A stretch of DNA of 64,000 bases from Dicyema japonicum (GCA_011109175.1 RDEW01000069.1:40184-104183), one strand, 5' to 3'; shown: positions 39,386 to 55,519, counted from the first letter of the stretch. Translations and numbers: made by a program. Notes: generated from the sequence alone by a model not told the origin.

Positions 39386-41544
39386 CATATTTTAATGATT
39401 TTATTTTCTTGGGCAGATGGATGATCTTCTCGGCTTTGCATATATTCGGTGTCTTCTGCCAATCCAGTTTCTCAAGTGAGCAAGGAAAAGGTAAGACTCA
39501 ACGTTGCCAGGGTAAAGAAGAAGCAACGTTATACTGATAGATTTCCCAATTGGATTTGATAAGATACAATGTGAATAGCTTCGGAAACCAATAATCAAAT
39601 GATATAATTGTCAACGCACTTGGTGTCATAGATTTCTCTGTTTTGCTGGTCCACACGACTTGAAAGACTACATTCATAATGCGACTGATATAATGGTCTG
39701 CATCAAATGCGAGTTACGGTAGATGTCCTTTAGCAATGAACCCAAACCGCAAAGATCATAAAAGGAAAGTGTAGGCGAAAACAGGGATGACTCTGAACAA
39801 AGGAGGACGGACTGACTCCTAAAATACACTTGAGAATACGAATGAGATAGTTACATATATCAGAAGGGTGAAGGTCTTAATCAACAGAGAAGAGAATCAG
39901 ATCCATGAGACTCTGTTGACCAAAGTCTAATGGAGCTGAAATCAAATTATCTTTAGTTTCTCACGAATATAAGGAATATTAGTAATAATAACATATCACA
40001 TTAATTGAGTTACACGATGATAGAATCCTGAAAATAGCCAATTAGGGCTATAAGAGTAGTTCCAATTAATAAACCAGCTGATTCGGTTATGATAACTTTG
40101 ATTACTGTTTCCTTGAAATCAGCTGAATTAACGAATAGTTGGGAACGTAACTTTTTGAGTTCAATGACCTTAAACGTGTTGTTACAATAAAACCNATTTG
40201 CTTATTGATACAAAAGGTGATAATCTGAGACTATTCATTCTCCATTCCAATGTCTTTATTGCCTATAATGTAAGTCTTAGAAAACCACTTGTAACCTGTC
40301 ACCAATAATACCACTATAAATTCATACCTCTGTTAATTTCTTACTAAAGATCTAGGTTCGGTTTCCCACGTTGTCTATTTGGTCGAAGGTTTCCTTCTTT
40401 TTTCTGTATTTTTCTTCTTTCGTTCTTAGTAGAGTGATATCATNAATCTGAGACTATTCATTCTCCATTCCAATGTCTTTATTGCCTATAATGTAAGTCT
40501 TAGAAAACCACTTGTAACCTGTCACCAATAATACCACTATAAATTCATACCTCTGTTAATTTCTTACTAAAGATCTAGGTTCGGTTTCCCACATAGTCTA
40601 TTTGGTCGAAGGTTTCCTTCTTTTTTCTGTATTTTTCTTCTTTCGTTCTTAGTAGAGCGACATCATGTGATTTACTCGTGTTAGCTGACCCCAAGTACCA
40701 TGATAGCATTAAAAAAAGTCATTTTTCTTTTCCACTCTATTAAAGGGGTTCCCATAACTGCTAAAAATTTTCCGTTGGTTGTGAATAAACTTGTATGTGA
40801 TATTGTAAGGAATTTCTGCTTATGTGACCGTTGTAATTGAATTCATTTAACTAGTTGTTGACCAATATCACTCGGTACATGAGTGATAATAATAAAACAT
40901 GACATATATGCATTAAATATGGAAAAAACTTGGCAATCGTAGTTTTTTAGTTATGGCATGACTTTAATACTAACTGATACCTTCAAAAAAGGCTAGTTTT
41001 TTGGTTATGCCATGACTTTAATACTAACTGATACCTTCAAAAAAGGCAAAATTAAACTAGATGAGAACAACGTTTACCAAATCATCATTCTTAGTTGTGC
41101 TAATATAGATTATTCTAAAAAAGAACTTATTTAATAAAAAAAGTTCATAATAGTTTTGGGATGAACTCTACAAATAGCACTATGCTTACTACAACCGAGT
41201 TTGATAATTCTAAATTTACTTGTTTACGCGTTCTCTTTTTCTTTTCGTTCAAAGATTAACCTAAATTCTAACTATACTTATAAATCTTCGTATTCCAATG
41301 GTTGGAAGGAAAAATGGCAAGGTTGGCGGAAATATCAAAAATCTTATTCGAGATTTCAAAAACCGCACTAAAGTATCTGAAACATATCTTCAAAGATAAC
41401 TATGTTTTTTTTGATTTCTTGGGGAGAATGTCTGGATAGAAGTCGGTTGCCAAATCATACCGTTTCGTATTATGTCGTGAGCGCGGAGCGCACATATCGT
41501 ATTTTTTAAAAATTTATAGATATTTCTAATCTCTCGAAGATTTG

Positions 41545-42745
41545 GAAATTTTTTTAATAAATTTCCAGCTGCTGACATTACGGAGTAAGCTTTTCCGTGG
41601 ACAACTGCAATCCCAAATCGTTGCCTCAGCCAGACCGCTTCCCGCACGCCTTTCTAACGATGGACCAATTTACTTTGATTTCCTTCAGAAAAGAGGCTGT
41701 ATTACTTCCGACCGCACCAGACGTTTCAATTGCCACCGGTACAAAACGAAAGCGATCTCCAATTTCGCCATATTTTTTAATCTTGATTTTCTCGGCCTGA
41801 TCGGCTGCCGATCCAGCAGACTGCGCCGAGCTGAGCATCATCGAGTTCTAGAAGGAATCCACAACAGTGCAGTCCCATACGAGCGATTTTCTCTCAGTGA
41901 ACAAAAAGATTGTTAATCCATCCGGTCTTTTCCCGTCTCCGCGGTCCAATCCCATGGGCTCCAGTATTGCCGGGAAGCCTGCAGCTCAAAGAGCAAGCAT
42001 GACAATGTTGTTCATAACAGCGTGGCGGGGTGCTCTGGTTGCACTCCTTTTACACGAAAGCGTATGCAGCACTTTGGTATCTACGATCCCTGCACAACGG
42101 CATTGGTGTTCGACGCAAGCATCAACTTCCAGGCGTTGTACGATCCCAATCCGAATACAGTCATCGTCCAAAAGGGTTCCCAGGGTGCAACAAGGGAGTG
42201 CATCCAGTTATGCTCCGCTCCCATGGTTGGCGGCGGACACGAGGCATGCAAGACGATGCTGGTTGGCCTCAGACTTTAGCACGTAGAAGATATTCTTGGA
42301 GTAGATATCATCCCAGTCACGTTGCCTCGAAAGACACCATTTACGACGAGCTTCGTCAAAAACTATTTCCCAAGAAAGTGTGGTTGGAAAATCTTGGACC
42401 AAAAGGCTTCCATTTGATAGCGATGACGCATATGCTGGAAAGGCGATTTCCAGCGCCGACCTGAAACCCGTACCTCCGAGGCGTTTAGGAAGCTTGCATT
42501 GGTTCCAACTCGGCACATCAAAGTGGATGTTAAGAAGCAATTCAGCTGATTTTCTCAATGTCCTATCCAGTGACAGGAGGATGTCACGATGTTTGAAGCA
42601 GGGAGAACATCGGAGAGCATATAGAAGATTGGGCAAGTCGATACTGTTCTTCAAGAGAAAGAACGCTGTATGGGCATCGAGTAAGGAGAGTTTCTCAGTG
42701 ACTCTAGAGAGTTCATCCTCTTTTGTTACTAGATGGCTCCGCAGT
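41545..42745 (-). mobile_element. CRE-like RLE element, 5'-truncated
   Basis: LLKNSIDLPNLLYALRCSP, WNQCKLPKRLGGTG, HQCRCAG..HTLSCKR..PRH, RFVPVAIETSG, WLRQRFGIAVVHGKA. Confidence 0.88.
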
Positions 42746-42750
42746 TTTTT

Positions 42751-43896
42751 TTAGTCAAGTGGGCACCCAAGAAAATATGTCCACTCCCTGTGTACGACGG
42801 TAATTTCAGGTAGTACCGAGTTGAAAGACTCGACCACGTTGATAAAATCACTCTCCGAGTATGTGATATTTATTTCTTCCTCATTAGCAAGTTTTTCTAG
42901 TTCTTTTTTGTACACATCCAAAACAGGATCTTGCATTATATCTTCATTGGCATATGAATCAAAACTTTTTATTGTCCCTGTCTTTTTGAAACAATTTATT
43001 TGCATCCATTGGTTGAAAATGAGCAGATGTGTTTTTTGCAAGGAATAAAATTTCACTGTTTTCAAAAAATGTCGTTAAAACGAGGCTTAGAGTTTTCAAA
43101 AAATTTCGTCATTATCAATGAGTAAAAAAACTTTTTTCCATTGAATTTTAATTCATCACTAAGATGTCTGATGGAAACTTCAAAAAGTTCTGCTGTCATC
43201 TTTTATTTGCGTACTACGATATTTTTCAAAATCGAAACCTTTTAAACATCTTGGTCTTTTACTATGCCCAACAACAAAAGGTTCAATTTTTAATGTTCCA
43301 GTTGCATTAGCACAAAGAGCTATAGTGATCCTCATTTTTGATTGCTTAATGCCTTTTCTATCTTGATATGAAATCGTTCTCGAAGGGAAAGATTGAAAAA
43401 ATTCCACTTTCATCCATGTTTAGCAATACTTCAGGGTCAATTTCTTTTAACTTGTCAATTATATTTTGTCTATTGAAATTAATTTCATCTTGTGTTAAGC
43501 TGTTATCTTTTCCATGAAGAACTTTTAGATTAAGATTAAATCTTCCTTTAAAACTGTGTAGCCTTTGCTAAATTCAAGATCGTTGATTCCTAACTTTTCA
43601 CCAAATATTTTAGCTTTTGAAATGATGATATCTTCAGTAATAAAGCCATTGATTGCATCCATTCTTGAAATCCATTCAACAAGGGAATTATCAAGTTGAT
43701 GATGTTTACCAGCTGGCTGTCTTGACTTGTTTTCCCATTTTTCACGATTTTTAAGAATTTCTGAAAGTGTTGAAATTCCCAAATAAAAGTTCTTTTTTAT
43801 TTCACAGATATTCTCTGAGAGTCATTTTTGATGTATTTTTTATTCCACAAATCTTTCTTTTCTGAGCAAAGAAATTTCAGTCCTCTTTCTAACCAT
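42751..43896 (-). mobile_element. Tigger/pogo (CENP-B HTH + DDE_1) transposase pseudogene
   Basis: MVRKRTEISL, GISTLSEILKN, LDNSLVEWI..ITEDIIISKAK, RITIALCANATGT.KIEPFVVG.SKRPRC, INCFKK; many stops. Confidence 0.87.
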
Positions 43897-43899
43897 TTG

Positions 43900-45020
43900 G
43901 TACTTATTATTATTGCACTTTCACGAAAGCCACAATGTTTATAGCCCCCCCATGTGCAACACTCAAAGAAACAATGTTAGTCTTTTCCATCTTCTTTCGT
44001 CCAAGTCGTCTCCCGTTTTTAGATTTTTTCTCACACGATTTAGATCTTTGTTTAAGGCAGTCGGAAGTGTCGATCTAGGTCGTCCGCGGAAGGGTTTGTC
44101 GCAACTGTCAAAGTAATCTTCCATCGATTTGTTAGCGGGTGCGTCCGGGTTCATTCTTAGTACATGCCCAAATAGCCTCCACCGGGCGTCTATCACATCC
44201 TTGCTGATGTGTGAACACATACACTTGTTGTAGATAACAGTGGTTGATATTCTACGTGGACACTCCATTCTGAGTAAGCTTCTTAGTTGCCTTCTATGGA
44301 ACGAATCCAGTTTCAATAGTTCGTTGAAGGAACTTCCCCATATCCCAGCGTTGTACAGTAGGATCGGTTTCATAAACGCGTTGTAAAGCCTGCATCTGAT
44401 GTCAATTCCAAGTCCTTTGGCTCTTAGCCATCCTTTCTTCAGTTTAGCCAGTGTTTTCCTAATTAGTAAATCTTCAGCGTCTCCTACTAGAGAGCCGAGC
44501 TTATTAGTACGTCTTCATCTTTCATGAGTAACATCGTCTTCTCTTTTGATTTCCGAAATTTCTGTTTTGTTAATATTTAAGCCGAGAAACCATTTCTCAA
44601 GCTCCGCAGGTGCATTTTCTAGTAGGTGTTGGAGTGCGGTCACGTCCCGTGATACGAAATCCACATCATCCCCATAAGATGTCTCTTTATGTCTCCTATA
44701 TAGCATTTGCGGAGGTCGCGGAGTGCAGATTCAAGGTATATGGTGAATAGTAAAGGGGAGAGGGAATCACCCTGGGGTGTCCCAATCGTTGTTTTGAAAC
44801 TGCGGGAAGTTGCTCCTTCTGTCCTCACAGATAGTCTTGTGTTCGCAAGTAGTAGTCTGATTATCCTAACCGAGGATTCATCCAATATTTGCTCAAGCAC
44901 ATTCATCAGTTTCTGTTTGTTTATTGAGTCGAAAGCTTTGGAGAGATCTATTCCCAACATTGGTATAAATATTATGGCTTTAGTGAAAAAGCTGTTATTA
45001 TTACAGGAACACAATCTCAT
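43900..45020 (-). mobile_element. RTE-clade LINE, 5'-truncated
   Basis: IDLSKAFD, TPQGDSLSPLLF, YGDD, LDSFHRRQLR, RWRLFGHVLR, RGRPR; (TAA)n tail at about 43905-43915. Confidence 0.88.
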
Positions 45021-45029
45021 CCATAAGAA

Positions 45030-45265
45030 AACTATCGAACATAAGCCTTTTGACTTCCAAGAAAATTACTTACAAAAAAGATCTTTGTCTCAAATATTTT
45101 AAACAAATTGTAAAATATGGATTGCAAATTTCCTAACGGACGAAGAGGAAGGGTAGTTTAACGTTCTATAAAATCTGTTACTAAGTTTCTGTCAAACGGA
45201 GTCCCACAGGAATCAGCCCTGTCACCCGTTTTGTTCAACCTCTTCCTGAACGATTTGCCCACCCA
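45030..45265 (+). mobile_element. Small I/Jockey-group-like RT fragment
   Basis: WIANFL and NGVPQESALSPVLFNLFLNDLP. Confidence 0.7.
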
Positions 45266-45544
45266 TACACTTTGGATATAATATTCGCATTTTCCGAGGA
45301 GCCATATCAGTTATAGCTCACCTCAGACAGAACACACTTTGATTTCTGTAAGCTGTAGCTATTTGTTATCCGCCTTCTAATCTTCAGAATATTATTTCTA
45401 AGGTGCCGTATATCTGAAGCATTTGTTTACTTAATACCTATTTATGTAAAAGGGGAATAAATAATAATTTATAGCCACTATTCCAGTATTATAAGAAAAT
45501 GATTGCAAAACAATAAAATCATGTAATTTATTAAAAGCCAAAAT

Positions 45545-48007
<2,463 letters not shown>

Positions 48008-48129
48008 ATGTCACAATGATTCGTTATTTTTTAAATTTAACTGTTATTATATTTATTAGAATATGTAAAATTGTGTAAATTATCATTAATGGAGTTTCTA
48101 GTTCCCCTATTAGTTAATTTCTTCGTCCA

Positions 48130-49368
48130 CCATCATTGGATGAGTACAATTCTTGTTGTACCGTTCCTTCCCTTCAGTTCCTCTCAACATTGCTTCAGAA
48201 AGTTCTATTCAATGTCCACCCACCTTACTTCTCTCAATCAATTTATCCTTGATGGCTTCAACTCAAGTCCTCGTCACCTCAAAACCATCGTCTGCTCTGT
48301 GGATCTGCGTAAAGCCTTTGACTCTGTCTCCAGGAAAATCTTAACCAGGAAATTATTTGGACTCTCCATTAACCCCAATCTAAAACTCTGGCTTTCGAAT
48401 TTCCTCAGCGGAAGAAGGGCCCGGGTTTGTATGGATGGGACCAAATCACTTTCGAGACTACTTCCCAATGGTGTTCCGCAAGGCTCTCCTTTGTCCCCCG
48501 CCTTATTCAACCTTTTTATGTCCGATTTGCCACGATCAGTTGATAAAGACGATCTTCTCCTCTCCTATGCTGATGACATTCTAATTGGATCCCGTGACCA
48601 GGATCTCCTAAAAGCCTCAGAAAGAGTTAAAAAACAACTGCACGTGATTCAAAATTGGTTAATCTCCAACAGACTTGATATATCTCCTGAGAAGTCCTCC
48701 ACATCACTATTTACTTCAGAGAAACGTCTTGGAAAAATGACCGTTGACTTATTTATCAACCAAACTAAAATACCTTTTACGAAGAAATTGAAAATCTTAG
48801 GAATCGCCTTTGACACGCACATGACCTTCTCCCCTCATGTCGAATATATCTCCGGAACCTGCTCAAGAAAGCTTGGTTTGATCAAATCTATTTTTGGTGG
48901 CATCAGAACCCCTTTCCCAGCATTGAAACTACTACATAAACAATTCATTGAGCCATCTATCAGCTACGCCTGTGCGTTTTGGGGAATCAACCTATCCTGG
49001 ACGAACAAACAGAAAATCATTGATATTCAGTCCCTATCAGCTACAACTATCGGCAAGCTCATGAGAACAGTCAGTCTCACACCCACCTCTCTGGAAGACC
49101 TTATCGGACAAAATGGGAAGGGATTCACTGCTCTGTGCCGAAAATCCAACTTCCTACAATGCTCTAATGGATTGGGTCTTACTAGAAGACTTTACATCAC
49201 CCCTCTTGTATTTCTTTCAAAACCCTCCCGTCCTCAGATAAGCTGTGTTGGATCTCGGAAGGTCCACCGGAAAAGATGAGAGACCTGATGGAGGCGGCCG
49301 GGATCACCTAATTAGTTTAATACAATTAAATTAACTATTGGTGTTCTTGGATTAAATAATAAAAAAAG
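48130..49368 (+). mobile_element. I/Jockey-group-like LINE, 5'-truncated, long open RT frame
   Basis: VDLRKAFD, NGVPQGSPLSP, SYADD, KILGIAFD in the 402-aa ORF; AAGIT*, TTGGTGTTCTTGGATTAAATAAT tail. Confidence 0.92.
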
Positions 49369-49439
49369 TCTTAAAAATCATATTTCTGTTCCTCCTCTTT
49401 CTTCCTATTAGTGGTGTCATGTGATACACCTGTAAAGGT

Positions 49440-49640
49440 GGCGCCCAATGCCTGGCTGGCACGAAAAAGGATCTCTCCCCCACTCCACTGGAGGGGTTTC
49501 CACAACTGCAAGTATAGATGTCTTTTACCCTTTATGTTGATTCTAGATGGACTCTGTTTCTGTATGGAAACTTGATACACTTAATTAGTTGTTTACTTTA
49601 ACTTCTTTCTCGGTGTATCCGGGGTTAATAAATAAATTAA
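49440..49640 (+). mobile_element. Short LINE 3'-end copy (near-identical partner at about 58590-58750)
   Basis: CCCCACTCCACTGGAGGGGTTTCCACAACTGCA shared with 58590; CTCGGTGT motif and TAAA tail; the partner encodes ETGYT*. Confidence 0.65.
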
Positions 49641-50599
49641 ATAGGGGGGATTCTCTGCCATTTTATTTATGAGATGTCCAAACGCCACCACTTGAACGAC
49701 ATTAGTTAACTGGTGATTGGACTGAAATAACTTTTATGGTACAGTCATTGTTAGAGAGAAAATTTAGTTAACTCAGAATACACCAAGAAATAAGTTAACG
49801 GTAAACAACAGATTAAGTGTATTCAGCTTCCACTGTCACACAAGCAGATTCCTTCAAAGTCACACGAGTCCATTCGGAACCAGCATAAAAAATAAAAGAC
49901 GTCCATTCATTGTAGTAGTAGAGAGCAAATGACCCTGTTTCGTAATAGCCTGGCACTGGGCGACACCTGAGACAGCTGGATGACGTCACTCTAGTAAGAA
50001 AGGGAAGAGGAAGAACTGCCAAAAAAACTGAAACCTTCAACTAATTAGCAAAATAGCACCACATGGTGTCACATGGCAAATTTAAAGTTGAGTTTTACAT
50101 AACAAAAAATAACTTTAAAGAAATTAATTGATAATTATGCCTAAAGCACTCGGTAATTTTCCTCCATGTCTAATAGTTATAAATTTGTAATAACTTTTCA
50201 GTGTTTGATGTGATTTTTGTCTCTCTGGATGGTGAGCGAGATTAGCTCAAATAGCCAACAGCGCTTACGGGTATCTCCTGTTCGCGAGAAATGCGATACC
50301 TTAGACCAGGAATGTCAAACATGCGGTCCTTTGCTAGCAAAAGTGCGGCCGGAACAAATGATTGTTATAGTCGACAATATTAGGGCGAACCGTGTCGTTA
50401 AAATGAGACCACTAGAAAAAGGAAGTAAATTTCTGTCAAATCGAAAGGCCATGGTTACGAGCGTTCTACGTGGTCAGAAGACGTTCATATGCTTAAACTC
50501 TACGCTCGCCATTATATACGAACGTTCTCACAACAATGAAACTGTCCTAAAAGGTGTGTTCTTCCACGTATTTAACGGAGCCCTGGGCGCTTACGTCCA

Positions 50600-51900
50600 T
50601 AATTATTATTATTATTATTATAAGCAACTACATAGAATCATATAAACTATAATTCTATTCGTGCCGCGTCTGAACAATCCTCTTAATTAGCATTTCCCAT
50701 CCCCTCCTGTCCGATGCCAAGTGCCGCAGACTACTAAGGTCTTCACCGTCCTTTAGTTGTCTGGTTACTGATCTCAGGTCACCATTAAGNNNNNNNNNNN
50801 NNNNNNNNNNNNNNNNNNNNNNNNNNNNNNNNNNNNNNNNNNNNNNNNNNNNNNNNNNNNNNNNNNNNNNNNNNNNNNNNNNNNNNNNNNNNNNNNNNNN
50901 NNNNNNNNNNNNNNNNNNNNNNNNNNNNNNNNNNNNNNNNNNNNNNNNNNNNNNNNNNNNNNNNNNNNNNNNNNNNNNNNNNNNNNNNNNNNNNNNNNNN
51001 NNNNNNNNNNNNNNNNNNNNNNNNNNNNNNNNNNNNNNNNNNNNNNNNNNNNNNNNNNNNNNNNNNNNNNNNNNNNNNNNNNNNNNNNNNNNNNNNNNNN
51101 NNNNNNNNNNNNNNNNNNNNNNNNNNNNNNNNNNNNNNNNNNNNNNNNNNNNNNNNNNNNNNNNNNNNNNNNNNNNNNNNNNNNNNNNNNNNNNNNNNNN
51201 NNNNNNNNNNNNNNNNNNNNNNNNNNNNNNNNNNNNNNNNNNNNNNNNNNNNNNNNNNNNNNNNNNNNNNNNNNNNNNNNNNNNNNNNNNNNNNNNNNNN
51301 NNNNNNNNNNNNNNNNNNNNNNNNNNNNNNNNNNNNNNNNNNNNNNNNNNNNNNNNNNNNNNNNNNNNNNNNNNNNNNNNNNNNNNNNNNNNNNNNNNNN
51401 NNNNNNNNNNNNNNNNNNNNNNNNNNNNNNNNNNNNNNNNNNNNNNNNNNNNNNNNNNNNNNNNNNNNNNNNNNNNNNNNNNNNNNNNNNNNNNNNNNNN
51501 NNNNNNNNNNNNNNNNNNNNNNNNNNNNNNNNNNNNNNNNNNNNNNNNNNNNNNNNNNNNNNNNNNNNNNNNNNNNNNNNNNNNNNNNNNNNNNNNNNNN
51601 NNNNNNNNNNNNNNNNNNNNNNNNNNNNNNNNNNNNNNTCTGGGGAGCAAATTCTTGTGAACAGCGAAACCCTGTCCATAGTGTTTACAGTACGATGGAA
51701 GGAGGATTAGTCTGTAGTCTCCAAGGTTTTCATCGAGTCCTTTTCTGAACTTCGTCTCATGGAGACAGCAAACAGAGCATCCATATTTTGCAAGGTCCAG
51801 ACATAGTTGGTGCCTCTTCGACCAGTCATTAAGGCCCCTGGCATTGAAGGTAAGGGTAGAAAACCAGAAAGGATTATTCAAATACGTATTAGACATATGT
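50600..51900 (-). mobile_element. RTE-clade LINE spanning an 849-nt N gap
   Basis: TFNARGL..CCLHETK..HYGQGFAV (APE start) and LRHLASDRRGW (C-terminus); (TAA)n tail at about 50600-50622. Confidence 0.82.
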
Positions 51901-52049
51901 GCTATAGAGGGACGTCACCACCTCAACCAAAAAACGTCCATAATATGATACTGAAATTGTTTCCAGATGCACGCAATTTTAACAAATTTTAAAACAATAA
52001 TAAATTTTATCTTTTGGAATTATGCCGGTTATTATATTGTTTCTATAAA

Positions 52050-52330
52050 GCACGTCGCAAACCCATTTCTAAGAAAAAAAGAAAAATTGAAGAAAAACGG
52101 ATATTTCAAGAAAATTTGAATTACAGTACTTTTAACAATTGTTAATGCAAATATGCATTGTTTAGTTTGTAATAACAGCATTGCCACATCAAAGGAGCAC
52201 AACTTAAAAAGATTTATGGAGCTATTCATCGATCTGCGATAAATACGAGTGCATAATGCGTTTTTCAGACTCAAAGAATTGAAGGTTAAGTTGACAAGGC
52301 GACAAGAATTTTTTACAAAAATAGGCATGT
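52050..52330 (+). pseudogene. hAT (SPIN/GTF2IRD2-type) transposase N-terminal remnant
   Basis: KKRKIEEKRIFQE and HCLVCNNSIATSKEHNLKR across a frameshift. Confidence 0.7.
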
Positions 52331-52639
52331 CAATTAAAACCGAGTACTTTTCCAGTTTTGTCCTCTTGACCTTCTCACCGGCAGAACAGACTCCAGAGGC
52401 ACTCTGATGTAGGTTGTAAAAGGCGAATGTAACATGGGTAGCTTGAAGCCTATAGGCAGCCTGTTTTTTACGTGTTGCCAGAGATAATAATATGACTGTC
52501 TTGTAACTATTATAAGAACAACATTAACTAATTCATTAATAAATTAAAAAAAATAATTCAATTGCCTCTAAATATGCAATTGCCGACAGGGAAAGTAAGA
52601 CACTCAAGGACACTCAGAGGAAATATTTATTAAATAAAA

Positions 52640-53700
52640 TATATTGCAGAACACTACACTCAATTATGTTCAAATGTAATGGTGAAGCAAATGTCGACCT
52701 ATGTACTTCCTCGGAATGGTTATCCAAAGGAAATAACGGCCCACGGAGCGAAGCATTATACTGTCTTTTGCAAGATAGGAATTTGTTTTTTGCACATACA
52801 GGGTCATTATGCAACTATTGTAAAAAAAGCAAGAAAACTGTTAATCATTTGTCCACTCAGTGTGGTAAAATGCTAAATAGTGATTATCTCCGAAGACATA
52901 ATGAAGTGGTAAAGTGCATCCATCTTCATCTTTGTCGAATTTATGGAATCAAAAGAAGCAGTAAATTGAAAGGACATTCGGTTCAGTCAATATTGACGAA
53001 TCAAAATGTCGAAATTAGAGTTGACACGTCAATTTTGACAGAAACAAAAGTCCAATACAATAAACCTGATATTTTTGTGTATGACAAAACAAAGAAGGAA
53101 GTAACGTTAATTGAAGTGGGGATTACCTCACAAGACCGACTAAAGCAAGTTGAAGTTGAGAAACTTCACAAATATGACTTGTCCAATACAATAAACCTGA
53201 TATTTTTGTGTATGACAAAACAAAGAAGGAAGTAACGTTAATTGAAGTGGGGATTACCTCACAAGACCGACTAAAGCAAGTTGAAGTTGAGAAACTTCAC
53301 AAATATGACTTGCTAGCAAATGAACTTTGGCTGCTCTATGAATGCCAAGTGAAGATTATTCCAGTGGTTTTGACATGGGATGGAGTTGTCTCAAGATGCT
53401 TCAAGAATCATATGGATAAATTATCTATTGAAGAATCAACGAGGACTTACATCCAATCGGTTGTACTGAAGAGAACGCTCGAAAGTATGCTCATTGAACA
53501 TAAGCATGGGATGAAGGTATACGATGAAGAGTACGCCTCTGCTACTTCCCAACTTGTGGAACTGGCATGCCGTGAAGACAGCCCACTGGACTCTAACGGA
53601 GATATTTGACTGAATCTGATGTGGAGATGAGGAGTAACAGGGAGGTTATGGCACACTCTTCTTCTAAGAAAAAGCGATAATTTTAATTCTGATTTAATTT
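52640..53700 (+). mobile_element. R4/Dong-like RLE non-LTR retroelement, 3' part (131-nt internal tandem duplication at 53050/53181)
   Basis: CNYC..TVNHLSTQC..YLRRHNEVVKCIH (CCHC), NKPDIFVYDK..TLIEVGIT..EKLHKYD (PD-D/E-x-K endonuclease), IIPVVLTWDG, YIQSVVLKRTLE. Confidence 0.88.
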
Positions 53701-54249
53701 AACCATTTCTTGAAAGGAAACACAAAAAAATAGGTTATTCTTCTGGATTGTGAGTCTGAGATGGAAACCCATGCATCCCTCCATCAGATCTCACACGGAG
53801 GGATCAATAAAATCGAATTTCTCTGCCGTCGAACTTTTTTATAGTAAAGAGTTCCGTAATAAGAAAGGTTATTAATGAATGTGAGGTTTGTAAGTTTTCG
53901 CTTCTTTTAAAGTTATCTTTTTTAAATAACTGCTTAGACTGTTGACGAGAACAATCATGTTTTTGCGTCTGCTCCAAATGAGCGTTTTCAGAATTATCTA
54001 ATCGATCTGAAAAAAAATTCAGTGTCAACCAAGGATATAAATGGATACTATCCGTAATTGATGTATAGTCCGATCTCAATTTGGAACGGCCCTCGGGGCT
54101 GGAACACCTCAGTTTTGGAACACTTTGTTGGATATCTGCCAAAAATAAGGAAAACTTCGATTTGGAACTGAATTTATTACTATTTTTTATTTCTAGTCAT
54201 TGAAAAAATTAATTATTTTTAAATAAAAAAAACTTTACACTAAATCATT

Positions 54250-54871
54250 ATGAATCTTAGTTACACAAAAAGATGAAATTGCTCGACTACATCTGAAAAA
54301 TCATTCACACAGAGTACTTGCTCCGAAATATGAGACGAGCATTGGCACAATAGCTCGAATAAAAAACGATTATGCCGTACATAACCCGTGGGAACATTAT
54401 CCATTCATTGATAATAGTATCGAAATCTTGGCAAAATGTATCCTGTGAAATAATTTCTGAGATAATACCTTCGGCTATGAAATACCTGTTGTGTCTGATA
54501 ATCTGAAAGATGAGGTTATAGAACAAATTGTAGACGAAGTTTTGGAAAGTCCGGAAAGCTGCGATAATGATGAAATTTTTTATAATGGTATGCAAAATAA
54601 AAAGACGAAGATCAAAGAAGTAGTAAAAAATAATGAATTGGACGAATCAGTTCTAGATATTGCTCCATGTTCGTTATATGTTTTTTCTGCGTCAGACAAA
54701 ATTTATTCAGTAGTTTAAAAAAAAAACTATGGATATGTAAATAATTTACGATTATTTTTCAATAAATAATGACTTTCTTGCATTAATTAAATTATTAATT
54801 TTATATTGGTGTTATTTTTTTGACATAACCTCGGTTTTTGAAACAACCTCAATTTTTCTGAGGTCTGACTG
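54250..54871 (+). mobile_element. Internally deleted Tigger-like element
   Basis: N-terminal HTH QKDEIARL..SHRVLAPKYETSIGTIARIK fused to an acidic Tigger-type C-terminus; right TIR GAGGTCTGACTG followed by TA at 54872. Confidence 0.6.
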
Positions 54872-55519
54872 TATATAGTCGGTATTAAAATTATATATAA
54901 CCACGTTAATTTTGCTTTTGCAAGGGCGCTGTTAAATAAGTATACCAGAATTGAAGTATACCAGAATTTGGAGTCCCTTTTCCACTTACCCTTGTCAAAA
55001 TCTACAGTCGGGCAAAGGGGCTGAATTAAAAAATGCCAACATTCAAGCTTTATGTGGGAAATTAGAAAACGTCACATTTATGGAAGACTAAACAATACTA
55101 GATCCCAGTACAAATTTGTAGAATCCCCTTCCGGCGCTTCTTCTGCAGGACAGCGGGTGCAATCCTTTCGCATCGACTGTTTTCCCGCATCGGCATCGGT
55201 GCTCCTGGCAAACGTCTAGTCCCAGCCTTTGTCCGATTTTTAAAATAAAAAAAAGACAAAACATCAGTTAGCTGCCGCCCTTACTGCATGGCTTTAAATA
55301 AATTCTTGTTAATTCTAGCAATTGATATCAGGTTATCATGGCAACACGTTAAAAAACAGGTGCCCATAGTCATCAAGCCACCCACGTGACATAATATGAT
55401 TGCATAAAATTTGAAGAGTTTCACGCTGTTGAGAGTTGTGAATTTTAATTGTGTTTCTCTAATTTTAATTAAAAAATTTTTTATTTCTTTTTTATTAACA
55501 ATAAAATGCTATTTATTGA

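Noticed and set aside
33250-40670. Near-identical direct duplications flanking N/n characters (33387-33409, 34890, 37908, 40444)
   Set aside because: Each duplicated block (about 150-345 nt) abuts a gap character, and most copies differ by a few substitutions. This is typical of overlapping contig ends or haplotypes joined in scaffolding, not biology.
39600-41300. Hydrophobic minus-strand stretches suggesting a membrane-protein gene
   Set aside because: No consistent splice solution or homology, and the region contains two assembly breaks.
50217-50645. 142-aa plus-strand ORF next to an RTE tail
   Set aside because: No recognisable motif; possibly very decayed retroelement sequence; cannot be supported as a gene.
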